From contig JBBTCT010000001.1 in assembly GCA_038060895.1 (NCBI GenBank), positions 192,001-256,000 on the forward strand: a stretch of DNA of 64,000 nucleotides, in the 5' to 3' direction. Shown here piece after piece: positions 28,430-37,554 of this stretch. The notes under the pieces are model-generated. The model was given only the letters and a program-made list of their open reading frames with translations. It had not been told where the DNA came from and searched no databases. A program made the position numbers and the translations under genes. Position 1 is the stretch's first letter. Every line of letters starts with the position of its first letter. Source of the DNA: Planctomycetota bacterium. GTDB lineage: Bacteria > Planctomycetota > MHYJ01 > WSZJ01.

Positions 28430-29770
28430 GTGTCCACCCAGCGCGCTGCAAAATCCCGCTCTTCCCGCCGGCTTCCCGTGTCGGCTTGCCGCGGCCCTGA
28501 GGACGTCCTGATCGCGGCCTGGTACGGGCTCCGCTTTGCGCGCGAGGCGCTGCGGACTCTCGAGGGAGACGAAGTCCGGGTCTTCTCGCCGGGGGCGCGA
28601 ACGGCCGGATCGGGGCCGGACTTTCGCAGCGCGCGGCTGTCGATCGGCGGGTGCGAGGTGTGCGGCGAGGTTGAACTGCACTGCGACACGGCGGAATGGG
28701 CCCGGCACGGGCACGACCGGGACCCGAGATACGACGGCGTCGCGCTTCACGTGTCCCTCACCTCGGGAGCGGAGGTCGTGACATCCTGCGGCCGCCGTGT
28801 GCCGCGCCTTCTGGTGTCGCCGCTGGGGAACGAGCCGTCTGCGTGGCGTCGCGTGCCCGCCGTGGCCGCGGAGGCGGGAATCGGGCCGTGCCACGCGGCG
28901 TCGGCGGCACGGCTCGTCCGCGAGCTGGAATGCCTTGGTGTCGAACGAATGCGGCGGCGCGCGGCGCACTTCGCGGAATGGGCGAGGGAGGACGGCGAGG
29001 ACGAGGCCGTCTGGCGCGCCCTCGCGGAGGCGATGGGATACGGCGCGAACTACGAGGCGTTCCGCGCTCTCGCGCTTCACGTCCCGTGGCGATCGCTCGC
29101 GGCCACGCCGCCGGGGCCGGATCGCGCGACGGCCGTGGAGGCCGCTCTGCTCCAGGCTTCCGGACTCTGGCCGGCGGACTCGCGCGACCCCGAATCCCGC
29201 GTGCGCCTCCTCCACCTGCACGCTACCCTGCCCTCCCCGCTCGCCGAAGCCTTCCGATCCGCCGCGTGGCGCCCCGCGGTTCGCCCGCCGGACGCACCCG
29301 TCCGCCGTTTCGCGGCCCTCGCGGCGCTCGTCGCCAACGCCGCCTCGCCCGCGACCCTCCTCGACGAATGGGCCGCCGCCACGGATCTCGCTCACGCCGC
29401 CATTCGAGTCCCTCCCCTTTCCTACTGGGATCGCCGCACCACCTGGGGCGCCCCCACGTTCGCACGCCCCGTCGCCCTCGTCGGCCAGGGACGCGCCCGC
29501 ATCGCCGCCGCATCCGCTCTCCTTCCCCTCGTCGCGGCCCTCCGTCCGGGCTCCGCCGACGCCGCCACGCGCTCCTTCCTCAACCTCACGGCGCTCCCCG
29601 AGGATCACGTCACCCGGTTTGTCCGCTTCCGTATCTTCGGCTCCCCCCGCGGACGCCGGCTGTCGGCCGCCGCACAACAGGGACTTCATCACCTCTACCG
29701 CGCGGGATGCGCCCTGGGAAAACTGGGTTGCCCCAAATGCGAATTGGCAAAGCGGGTCGGGCTTCGATGA
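28430..29770 (+). CDS. DUF2851 family protein
   Basis: GPDF..A, GEVELH....W..HGH..DP.Y..V.LHV, GYGANYEAF, QQGL, terminal C..C..C. Confidence 0.85.
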   Translation: MSTQRAAKSRSSRRLPVSACRGPEDVLIAAWYGLRFAREALRTLEGDEVRVFSPGARTAGSGPDFRSARLSIGGCEVCGEVELHCDTAEWARHGHDRDPRYDGVALHVSLTSGAEVVTSCGRRVPRLLVSPLGNEPSAWRRVPAVAAEAGIGPCHAASAARLVRELECLGVERMRRRAAHFAEWAREDGEDEAVWRALAEAMGYGANYEAFRALALHVPWRSLAATPPGPDRATAVEAALLQASGLWPADSRDPESRVRLLHLHATLPSPLAEAFRSAAWRPAVRPPDAPVRRFAALAALVANAASPATLLDEWAAATDLAHAAIRVPPLSYWDRRTTWGAPTFARPVALVGQGRARIAAASALLPLVAALRPGSADAATRSFLNLTALPEDHVTRFVRFRIFGSPRGRRLSAAAQQGLHHLYRAGCALGKLGCPKCELAKRVGLR

Positions 29771-29820
29771 CCCACTTATCCCACCCCTTTCCCAACACCC
29801 CCCGCTACAATTCAGCCCCC

Positions 29821-31665
29821 ATGAAACAGATCGCCTGCCCCGCCTGCTCCGCCAAGTTCGACGTCTCCGCTTACCCCGCCGGGAAAAAGTTCCGCTGCGG
29901 CCGCTGCAAAGAAGTCCTCACCGTCCCCGAGGACGCCCTCGCGGACGAACTCATGGAAGAACCGGAACCGGAGCCCGAACCGGAGCCGGAGCCTTCGGAA
30001 GCGCAGGCCGTTGACGATGCCGGAGAGCCCCAGGACGAACCGGCGGCGGCAGAAGCGGAGCCGGAGCCTGAAGCGGCTCCTCGCCGTTCCCCCCGCGGCG
30101 CGCTGGCGGCACGCACGCGCGGAGCCCGTCCGGGCGCGCGTGCGGCCGCGGCCCCCGCGGAGAACGGGGAAGAATCCAGCGAGCCGCTTCCCCAGAAAAT
30201 GTCGCCGCTTCCCAGGATTCTCGTCGCCGTCCTCGTCCTCGGCCTTCTCGGCGGCGGCGGGTTCTTTGCGTGGAAGAAGTTCGGCGCCGGCAAGGGCGAG
30301 TCGACCGACGGACAGGCCGCCATCGGCGACGAGTACGCGAAGAAGCTGAAGAAGCTGGAGAAGTCCAGCGCGCTCCAGAACCTGCAGCTGGCGTTCTGGT
30401 GCAAGGCGAAAGGGCACGACAAGTACGAGTTCCACCTGCAGGAGGCGGCGAAGCTGTCGCCGAACGACGGGCAGGTGAAGGCGGGGCTTGCGGAGAATTA
30501 CTGGACGCGCTCTTCGGAGAAGCCGCCCGCGAGCGCGGCGGAGTTGCTGGAAGCGGCGGCGGTCGCGAAGGCGGCGGGGCTCGAGGGAGAGAAGCGGCGG
30601 CTGGCGCGGCTGGCGACGGTGGCGGAGCCGGAGAACGCGGCGGCGTGGGACATGCTGGGGTGCGTGAAGTACGAGCCCGAGGGCGCGCCTGCACGGTGGC
30701 TGTCGAAGGCGGAGGCGGCGAAGGCGGCGGCGACGGACGAGGAGCGCAAGGCGGCGAAGGCAAAGATCGAGGGCATGACTCCGCGCGAAAAAAGGATCGC
30801 GGAGATGAAGCAGACGCTCGGATTCGAATTCGGCCCGAACTTCGCGTGCCGCGACGAGAAACCCTTCCTGTTCTGCATGGAGAAGTCGGAGGGATTCAGC
30901 GCGGACCTCGTGATGGACAGCTACATCTCGGAGATGAAGGCGTTCTACCAGCGGTTCTACGACCGGTTCGGGGAGAAATTCGGGCTGGGAGACCTGACCG
31001 AGCAGGTGATGCTGATCTGGATTTTCAAGAGCCGCGAGGCGTACTTCACGTACGGCAACAGCATCGGCATCCCGGCGAACGCGGGCGGCCACTGGGAACC
31101 GGACAAGGAACGGCTGATGATCTTCCACAGCACGGACGCCCGGGCGGACCCGTATGGGACGATCTTTCACGAGACGACGCACATGATCGTGACGTTCGCG
31201 ACGAAGCTGCGCGGCAAGGTGAGCGGCCAGATGTTCTGGTTCACCGAGGGGATCGCGACGTATTTCGAGCCGTTCGAGCGGGACAAGGCGACCGGGAAAA
31301 TCCTGCAGCAGGTGGGGACGATCAACCGCGACCGGCTTCCGGGGCTTCTGAACTGGGTCAAGACGGGCAGGCACCCGAAGCTGAAGGACATGCTGTCGTG
31401 GAGGTACGGCGATTTCGCACAGATGAACCAGGCCCACATCCAGAAGAACGACCTGGCATGGGGCGCGCTCTGCTACGCGCAATCCTGGTCGCTCCTGCAC
31501 TTCTTCTACAACTACGAGGGCGGCAAGTACGCGGCGAAGTTCGAGGCGTACTTCAAGGAAGAGCTGGACGGCAATCCCGGCTTCGCGACGTTCAAGAAGA
31601 TATTCGGCGATGACATCGACGCCCTGGAGAAGGAATGGTTGGAGTACACGAAGTCGCTCAAGTAG
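29821..31665 (+). CDS. Zn-ribbon + TM + DUF1570/peptidase MA-like (HExxH) protein
   Basis: CPAC...CGRC N-terminus, acidic Pro-rich linker, TM, HETTH...WFTEGIATYFE, YAQSWSLLHF. Confidence 0.82.
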   Translation: MKQIACPACSAKFDVSAYPAGKKFRCGRCKEVLTVPEDALADELMEEPEPEPEPEPEPSEAQAVDDAGEPQDEPAAAEAEPEPEAAPRRSPRGALAARTRGARPGARAAAAPAENGEESSEPLPQKMSPLPRILVAVLVLGLLGGGGFFAWKKFGAGKGESTDGQAAIGDEYAKKLKKLEKSSALQNLQLAFWCKAKGHDKYEFHLQEAAKLSPNDGQVKAGLAENYWTRSSEKPPASAAELLEAAAVAKAAGLEGEKRRLARLATVAEPENAAAWDMLGCVKYEPEGAPARWLSKAEAAKAAATDEERKAAKAKIEGMTPREKRIAEMKQTLGFEFGPNFACRDEKPFLFCMEKSEGFSADLVMDSYISEMKAFYQRFYDRFGEKFGLGDLTEQVMLIWIFKSREAYFTYGNSIGIPANAGGHWEPDKERLMIFHSTDARADPYGTIFHETTHMIVTFATKLRGKVSGQMFWFTEGIATYFEPFERDKATGKILQQVGTINRDRLPGLLNWVKTGRHPKLKDMLSWRYGDFAQMNQAHIQKNDLAWGALCYAQSWSLLHFFYNYEGGKYAAKFEAYFKEELDGNPGFATFKKIFGDDIDALEKEWLEYTKSLK

Positions 31666-32618
31666 CTCCTGAGCGTGCCGCGGCGCTGTCGGCGAAGGCG
31701 CGGCTGCTCCAGGAGACGATCGCGGTGGCGATCGTCGGCAAGTCCATGGCCATCGAGCTTCTGGCCGTGGGGCTCGTGGCCCGGGGGCACGTGCTGATCG
31801 AGGACGTGCCCGGGGTCGGCAAGACGGCGCTCGCGAAGGCGCTGGCGCGCTGCGTCGGGTGCGAGTTCCGCCGCATCCAGTTCACGCCGGACCTGCTTCC
31901 CTCGGACATCACCGGGCTCTCGATGTACGACCCGGCGACGAAGGACTTCCAGTTCCGACCCGGGCCGATCTTCACCCAGATCCTCCTCGCCGACGAAGTC
32001 AACCGCACGACTCCCCGCACCCAGGCGGCGCTCCTCGAGGCCATGAACGACTTCCAGGTCACCGCCGACGGCCGCACCTACGCGCTGCCGAAACCGTTCA
32101 TGGTCGTCGCCACCCAGAACCCACTCGAGTTCGCCGGCACCTATCCCCTCCCCGAAGCCCAGATGGACCGCTTCATGCTGCGCATCCGAATGGGATATCC
32201 CTCGCCCGAGCAGGAGCGCGGCATGCTGGCGTCGCACCGCACCGGCGAGCCGGTCGACGCGCTTCCGGTGGTGATCCAGGCCAAGGAAGTGCTGGAGCTG
32301 TCTGCCGCGGCGGCGTCCGTGAAGTTCGACGAGTCCCTCTCGGCCTACCTGATCGCGATCGTGGACCGGACACGCCGCGAGCCGCATTTCGCGGCGGGCG
32401 TTTCGCCGCGCGGGAGCCTCTCGCTCTATCGCGCCGCGCAGGCGCGCGCACTGATTCGCGGAAGAGACTACGTCATTCCCGACGATGTGAAGGAACTCGC
32501 CATCCCGGTCCTCGCGCACCGCATCGTCGAGCGCGGACCGCGCAGCTCGAGCGAGCGCGGAAGCGCCATCCGCGTGCTCCAGAACATTCTTGCGGAGCTG
32601 CCGGTTCCAGCGGGATAG
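31635..32618 (+). CDS. moxR: MoxR family AAA+ ATPase
   Basis: HVLIEDVPGVGKT, RIQFTPDLLPSD, LADEVNRTTPRTQAALLEAM, ATQNP, LPEAQMDRF. Confidence 0.95.
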   Translation: MVGVHEVAQVAPERAAALSAKARLLQETIAVAIVGKSMAIELLAVGLVARGHVLIEDVPGVGKTALAKALARCVGCEFRRIQFTPDLLPSDITGLSMYDPATKDFQFRPGPIFTQILLADEVNRTTPRTQAALLEAMNDFQVTADGRTYALPKPFMVVATQNPLEFAGTYPLPEAQMDRFMLRIRMGYPSPEQERGMLASHRTGEPVDALPVVIQAKEVLELSAAAASVKFDESLSAYLIAIVDRTRREPHFAAGVSPRGSLSLYRAAQARALIRGRDYVIPDDVKELAIPVLAHRIVERGPRSSSERGSAIRVLQNILAELPVPAG

Positions 32619-32673
32619 AGCTAGCTGAACCCGCGCATCCACGGTCCGTTTAGCCTCTACAATGGCCTCCCCG

Positions 32674-33816
32674 ATGCGCCTCTTCCGAAAAGCCTGGTCC
32701 CGGCGTCCGCGCCTCACGCGCAACGGGCTTTACGTGCTGACGCTCACCGTCATGTCCGGCCAGGTCGCCTTCGTGAACGGCAATAATCTCTTCTGGTTCC
32801 TGTTCTCCTCGGGAGCCGCGCTCCTGCTGTCCAATGCCTGGCTCGGGTGGCGCGGGCTCCGGAAGCTGTCCGTCCGTCGCTCCCTGCCCCAGACCGCTTA
32901 CTCGATGGAGTCCTTCGCCGGCTCCTACCAGGTCACCAACGCCGGCCGCCTCCCGGCGTTCTACGTCATCTTCGAGGACGCCCCGGAACCTCCGCGCGCG
33001 GCCGCCGAGGGCGAGGCCCGTCCGATCTTCGCGTTCGCGGCGTCGATCCCACCGCGCGCGACCGCGACCGTTCCCTTCTGGACCCGCCTCACCATCCGCG
33101 GCTGGAACCGCTTCAATCGTGTCCGCATTTCCTCCGACTTTCCGTTCGGCTTTTTCCGCGTCTCCCGCGACATCGAGTTCCGCGACGAGATCCTCGTCTA
33201 CCCGCGCGTCGGCCGCGTCCTGAGCTCGCTGCCGATGGAGCGCGCCGCGGACGGCATGCTCATCGCCGCCCGACGCGCCCAGCCGGGCGAGGACGACTTC
33301 GCCGGCCTCCACGAGTGGCGCCCCGGCGACAACCCCAAGGCCATCCACTGGCCCTCCTGGGGCCGCTTCCCCGACGACAAGATCCTCGTCCGCGAATACG
33401 AACGCACCCGCGTGCCGCGCGCCTGCCTCCTCATCGACCGCGAGTCGCGCTCCGACCGCCGCTTCGAACAGGTCATCTCCTTCACCGCCGCCAACCTGCT
33501 CGACCTTCACAAGAACGGTGTGGCGACGGCGCTGTGGACGGGAAGCGGCGACACGATGAGTGCGGCGGTGCCGGAGGCCCTGCTGACGGAGCTGGCGACG
33601 CTGAAGCGAGAAGAGCCTGCGGGGACGCATTCAGGGGAGCTGGAGGAGGCGGTGGCGGCGGCGATGGCGGTTGGAGACCTGCCGGTCGTGGTGGGGGACG
33701 GGACTCGCAAGAGGCACAAGGGAGCGTCGTGGGCTGGCGACGTGGTCCTGGTCGACGTGGCGGCGGCTGATTTCCGGGGGCGCTACCAGGTGCGTCCGGA
33801 GAAGGGGGCGCCGTGA
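32674..33816 (+). CDS. DUF58 domain protein
   Basis: N-terminal TM with NN, FPFGFF, VYP, FAGLHEWRPGDNPKAIHW, VREYE. Confidence 0.88.
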   Translation: MRLFRKAWSRRPRLTRNGLYVLTLTVMSGQVAFVNGNNLFWFLFSSGAALLLSNAWLGWRGLRKLSVRRSLPQTAYSMESFAGSYQVTNAGRLPAFYVIFEDAPEPPRAAAEGEARPIFAFAASIPPRATATVPFWTRLTIRGWNRFNRVRISSDFPFGFFRVSRDIEFRDEILVYPRVGRVLSSLPMERAADGMLIAARRAQPGEDDFAGLHEWRPGDNPKAIHWPSWGRFPDDKILVREYERTRVPRACLLIDRESRSDRRFEQVISFTAANLLDLHKNGVATALWTGSGDTMSAAVPEALLTELATLKREEPAGTHSGELEEAVAAAMAVGDLPVVVGDGTRKRHKGASWAGDVVLVDVAAADFRGRYQVRPEKGAP

Positions 33817-35954
33817 TGCTGGACCTGTTGCTGGCGGCGCTCTGGGGACTGGGCGGGCTGATCGGCGCGTTGCCGGAGCGCCGGTTTGAGTGGGTGCTCG
33901 GGCCGCTCGCGGCCGCGGCGTGGGGGATCCTGGCGTCGCGGCTCGGCTTGCGGCAGCTCCTGGTCGGAAGGAATGCCGTGGGGTACGTGTTGCTGGGCGC
34001 CACCTGGGTCGCAGTGTCCGGAATGGCGCTCTCGATGAACTCGCTGAAGGAGTCAATCTTGCCGGCCTGCGCGGCGGCGACCGGGGCGCTGTTCCTGCTC
34101 GAGCGGCGCTCGGCGCTCCAGGGACACGGAATCGTCGGCGCTTCGTTCGTGGCGGCGGTGATCGGCGCGACGCAGGACCCCACGGCGAGAATGCTGCCGA
34201 TGTTCGTGCCGTTCCTGGTCCTGATCGTTCTCTGCCTGGCGCTCTCGCACCAGCAGTGGGTCCTGCAACGGCTCCGCCGCGCCGCACAAGAGGGATACCT
34301 GCTCGCGGCGCAAGTGCCGGGGTACGCCGGGACGCGAACCGGGCTTGCGCCGACCGTCACGGTCGTCGCGCTCACCACCACGGTCGCGTCGATCGTCCTC
34401 TACCTCGTCGTGCCCCATTTCCGCTGGAAGCCGCCCGCCGACAAGCGAGACGCGAACAGCAAGGGCTCCCAGGGCGCCAGCGGGATGACCGACCGGCTGT
34501 CCCTTCGCGCCATGCACGACCTCAAGATGGACCACCGCGTCGCGCTTCGAATGAAGCTTACCCAGGACGGCCGCGCGTTCCGGCCGTCGCTCCCGATGCG
34601 CCTGCGCGGCGCGGTCGTGGACAACAACAACGGCGTCGAGTGGTGGTCCACTGCGGCAAGCCGCACTCGAGTCGACGCCAACGACGGCAAGGCCGACGGC
34701 TGGGTCACCCTCATCGCCGATGCGGGCAACCCGGTCCTGCAGGAATGCGAAATCGAAGCGACGTCGGACCAGACGATTGTAGCGCTTCCGGAAATAGCCG
34801 AGGTCGAAGCGAATCTGGTGAACGTCGACGACCACGGCGTGGTCAGAATCCCGTCGCTGGGCCGCGAAGGACGTGTGCTGTACAAGGTCATTTCGGATGC
34901 GGCGGGGATCGACCCGGCGACGTTTGACGAGAAGCCGAGATCGCCGAACCCGAGGTACCTGCAGATCCTGGGCAGAAAGGACGCCGACATCGTGGCCGTG
35001 GCCAGGGACGTCACCTACGGCGCCGCGACGGCCGCGCGAAAAGCGGCGCTGATCGAACACTGGCTGCAGACGAATTTCGAGTACTCGACCGAGTTCGACC
35101 CGTCGGGCGAATCCGATCCCGTGCGCGCGCTGCTGTTCATCGAAAAGCGCGGCTACTGCGTACACTTCGCGGCCGCGATGGCGGTCATGCTGCGCACGCT
35201 CGATATCCCGTGCCGCATCGCGCAGGGCCTCTACGGCGGCGAATGGTCCGACCGCGAGCAGCTCTCCATGTTCCGCTTCTCGGATGCGCACGCCTGGGTC
35301 GAAGTCTGGCTCGGCCCGCGGGCGGGGTGGGTCCCGTTCGACCCGACGCCGCGGCTCCGGTCCGGAGAAGGAGAAGAGGAGAACCCTGAGGACTTCGCGG
35401 GAGGCGGCCCGGAAGGAGAGAGGCCTCCTCCGCCGCCGCGGGAAGCGAAGAAGCCGGCCAGTTCCTTTTCGACGGAGCCGCTCACGGCCCTCAACCTGGA
35501 GCGCCAGGCACAGTGGCTCCGGTGGCTGCGCAGGCTTTTCGCCAACGCCTGGAACTCGACCTTCGGCCGGGGCGTGGCCTGTTTCATCGCGTTTTCCTTC
35601 TCGCTCCTCATCACCTGGAATCTCCTTCCCCGTCACGAGCGGGACCGCCTCAGCGCGGTCTTCGTCGGCGGCCCCGGCGCTTCGACGGGATTCTGGAACG
35701 AGTTCGTCACCCTCGCGCGGCGTGGCGGGTTCCGTTCGGGCCCGGGGGAGACGCCGTTTGAATTCGCGAAGCGCGTCGAGCGGACGTATCCGGGTGCGGG
35801 GCGGGTGGCGCTCGCGCTGTATGCGGTGAAATTCGGCGGCAAGGACGCGCGCGAGAAGACCGCGGAGGCGCGGCCGGTGCTGGACGCGATCCGGCGGGCG
35901 CAGGCGGGAAAACCGGCGTCCGTCGACGGTCCGGAGACCACGGGCACGAACTGA
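33813..35954 (+). CDS. Membrane transglutaminase-like protein (TgpA/DUF3488 family)
   Basis: Multi-TM N-terminus; GYCVHFAAAM..MLR..IPCR..G; AHAWVEVW...GWVPFDPTP; GETPFEFA (DUF4129-like). Confidence 0.9.
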   Translation: MMLDLLLAALWGLGGLIGALPERRFEWVLGPLAAAAWGILASRLGLRQLLVGRNAVGYVLLGATWVAVSGMALSMNSLKESILPACAAATGALFLLERRSALQGHGIVGASFVAAVIGATQDPTARMLPMFVPFLVLIVLCLALSHQQWVLQRLRRAAQEGYLLAAQVPGYAGTRTGLAPTVTVVALTTTVASIVLYLVVPHFRWKPPADKRDANSKGSQGASGMTDRLSLRAMHDLKMDHRVALRMKLTQDGRAFRPSLPMRLRGAVVDNNNGVEWWSTAASRTRVDANDGKADGWVTLIADAGNPVLQECEIEATSDQTIVALPEIAEVEANLVNVDDHGVVRIPSLGREGRVLYKVISDAAGIDPATFDEKPRSPNPRYLQILGRKDADIVAVARDVTYGAATAARKAALIEHWLQTNFEYSTEFDPSGESDPVRALLFIEKRGYCVHFAAAMAVMLRTLDIPCRIAQGLYGGEWSDREQLSMFRFSDAHAWVEVWLGPRAGWVPFDPTPRLRSGEGEEENPEDFAGGGPEGERPPPPPREAKKPASSFSTEPLTALNLERQAQWLRWLRRLFANAWNSTFGRGVACFIAFSFSLLITWNLLPRHERDRLSAVFVGGPGASTGFWNEFVTLARRGGFRSGPGETPFEFAKRVERTYPGAGRVALALYAVKFGGKDAREKTAEARPVLDAIRRAQAGKPASVDGPETTGTN

Positions 35955-35970
35955 CCTTACAATGGCGGAG

Positions 35971-37095
35971 ATGCCGGCGGAAAAGAAGCCCCAGGCCCTT
36001 CGAATCCGCGCCCTCGACTGGCACCGCGGCCTCGCGGTCCTGGCGATGGTGGAGTGCCACGCGCTTCTCCTCCTCCACCCTTCGCACGAGCAGGAGCCTC
36101 TTCGGCAGTTCCTGAACTCGATCAACGGCCTGATCGCGCCGTCGTTCATCTTCGCGGCCGGGTTCGCGCTCGCGCTCGTCTCGTGCCGCGCGGCGGTGGA
36201 CCCGCAGGGGCGGCGGGAGCGGGCGGTCAAGACGTTGATGAGGATCGGCGAAGTGCTGGTCGTTTCGAGCCTGCTGAAGTGGATGCTGTGGCCCGTACGG
36301 GACGAGCCGTGGCAGTGGCTGCGGATCGACGTGCTGTCGTGTATCGGCTACTCGCTGCTGGCGCTCTGGGCCTGCGTGTTCTCGCTCGGCAACCGCCCGC
36401 GCATCGTCGCGGCCTCGATGGCCGGCGCGGCGACGCTGATCTTTGCGCTGGCGCCGTGGACCGAGTCGCTCCGCGACCTCGGCCTGCTGCAGTTCTTCGT
36501 GAACAACAAGAGCGGCTCCGAGTTTCCCGTTCTCCCGTGGGCGGGCTACGGTTTCCTCGGAGCGTCGCTCGGCGCGCTGGTCTCGATCCCCGAGCGCGGC
36601 GCACGATTCCTCTGGATCCACCTGACGATCATGTTCGTCGCGGGGGTCGCCGTCGCGAACCTCGGCGGCCTCTGGGACCGCATCTATCCCTGGAGCGCCT
36701 GGATTCTCCAGAACGCCGCCGAGCGAGTCTGGAAAGTCGCCGCGATCGCCCTGGCCCTGCGCGGCGCCGAGGCGTTCGGCACCTCCCGCGGCTGGGCGAT
36801 GAAAAACCCGCTCACGAAACTCCTCGAACACTTCGGCCTCAACTCCCTCTCCGGCTACTTCGCCCAGGCCTGCATCCTCTTCGGCAAGTGGATCGCCCTC
36901 CCCTTCGGCCTCTCCTTCGGCGTCACGGGCTTTACCAGGTGGGCCGGACAGTTCCACTGGACCGGTTTCTGGCTGATGACGCTCGTCGCCATCGCGGGCA
37001 CGGGCGCCTTCTGCTGGGCCTGGAACTTCCTGGACCCGCACCTGCCGTGGCGCAAGTCGTCAAAGAAAGCGGCTCCGGCTCCCAAGCCCGCCTAG
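35971..37095 (+). CDS. DUF1624 / heparan-alpha-glucosaminide N-acetyltransferase-like membrane protein
   Basis: RIRALDWHRGLAVLAMVECH, APSFIFAAG, DVLSCIG, FPVLPW.GY, GLNSL. Confidence 0.8.
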   Translation: MPAEKKPQALRIRALDWHRGLAVLAMVECHALLLLHPSHEQEPLRQFLNSINGLIAPSFIFAAGFALALVSCRAAVDPQGRRERAVKTLMRIGEVLVVSSLLKWMLWPVRDEPWQWLRIDVLSCIGYSLLALWACVFSLGNRPRIVAASMAGAATLIFALAPWTESLRDLGLLQFFVNNKSGSEFPVLPWAGYGFLGASLGALVSIPERGARFLWIHLTIMFVAGVAVANLGGLWDRIYPWSAWILQNAAERVWKVAAIALALRGAEAFGTSRGWAMKNPLTKLLEHFGLNSLSGYFAQACILFGKWIALPFGLSFGVTGFTRWAGQFHWTGFWLMTLVAIAGTGAFCWAWNFLDPHLPWRKSSKKAAPAPKPA

Positions 37096-37112
37096 CAGTT
37101 GGCCGTTTTTCC

Positions 37113-37294
37113 GTCCCGGCGTCGGGCGAAGCGGGGGGCGGGCGGAGCGAGGACGAGGGAGGCGGGGAGTCCCGCCCGGGCGGGCCTGCGAAGACCCTGC
37201 TTCAACCTGCGCCGCGGTGGCCCGCACGGGCGTGGGACTCCCCGCCGACCGACGACGAGCGAAGCCCACCCCCCGCTTCGCCCGATGCCGGGAC
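37113..37294. repeat. 182-bp GC-rich imperfect palindrome
   Basis: Outer 31-bp arms GTCCCGGCGTCGGGCGAAGCGGGGGGCGGGC / GCCCACCCCCCGCTTCGCCCGATGCCGGGAC and inner GGCGGGGAGTCCC / GGGACTCCCCGCC. Confidence 0.75.
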
Positions 37295-37474
37295 CTCCAC
37301 CTCTGCCGTGAAGAGACTGGTACTGAACCTTTTATTTCAGGGGGGAACGGCCCTCTGGCTTCGTGGATCCCCGCAGGGACCGGATCAGCAGGAGGCACTG
37401 GTGTTCCCTATGAATGTTCGTGGTTCACGCCATGTTCTCGATCACGAACAGCGCAGGGGCCCCGGCGTCGGGCG
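37279..37474 (-). ncRNA. ssrS: Probable 6S RNA
   Basis: Rod with UGAACC/GGUUCA and GGGAAC/GUUCCC stems flanking an A/U-rich central bubble; most G-U pairs favour the minus strand; TGcTACAAT promoter upstream. Confidence 0.7.
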
Positions 37475-37507
37475 CCGGGAGGGCGAATCCTCAATGAAGA
37501 GGGTGGA

Positions 37508-37516
37508 ATTGTAGCA
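37508..37516 (-). promoter_or_regulatory. Extended -10 promoter for the putative 6S RNA
   Basis: TGCTACAAT on the minus strand. Confidence 0.55.
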
Positions 37517-37554
37517 GAGGGAAGGACGAGTCCATTCTTTCGGAGTTGATCGCT

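Noticed and set aside
29951-30000. GAACCG/GAGCCG hexamer repeats (also about 61790-61890)
   Set aside because: They encode Glu-Pro and Pro-Lys-Asp linkers inside proteins, not independent DNA elements
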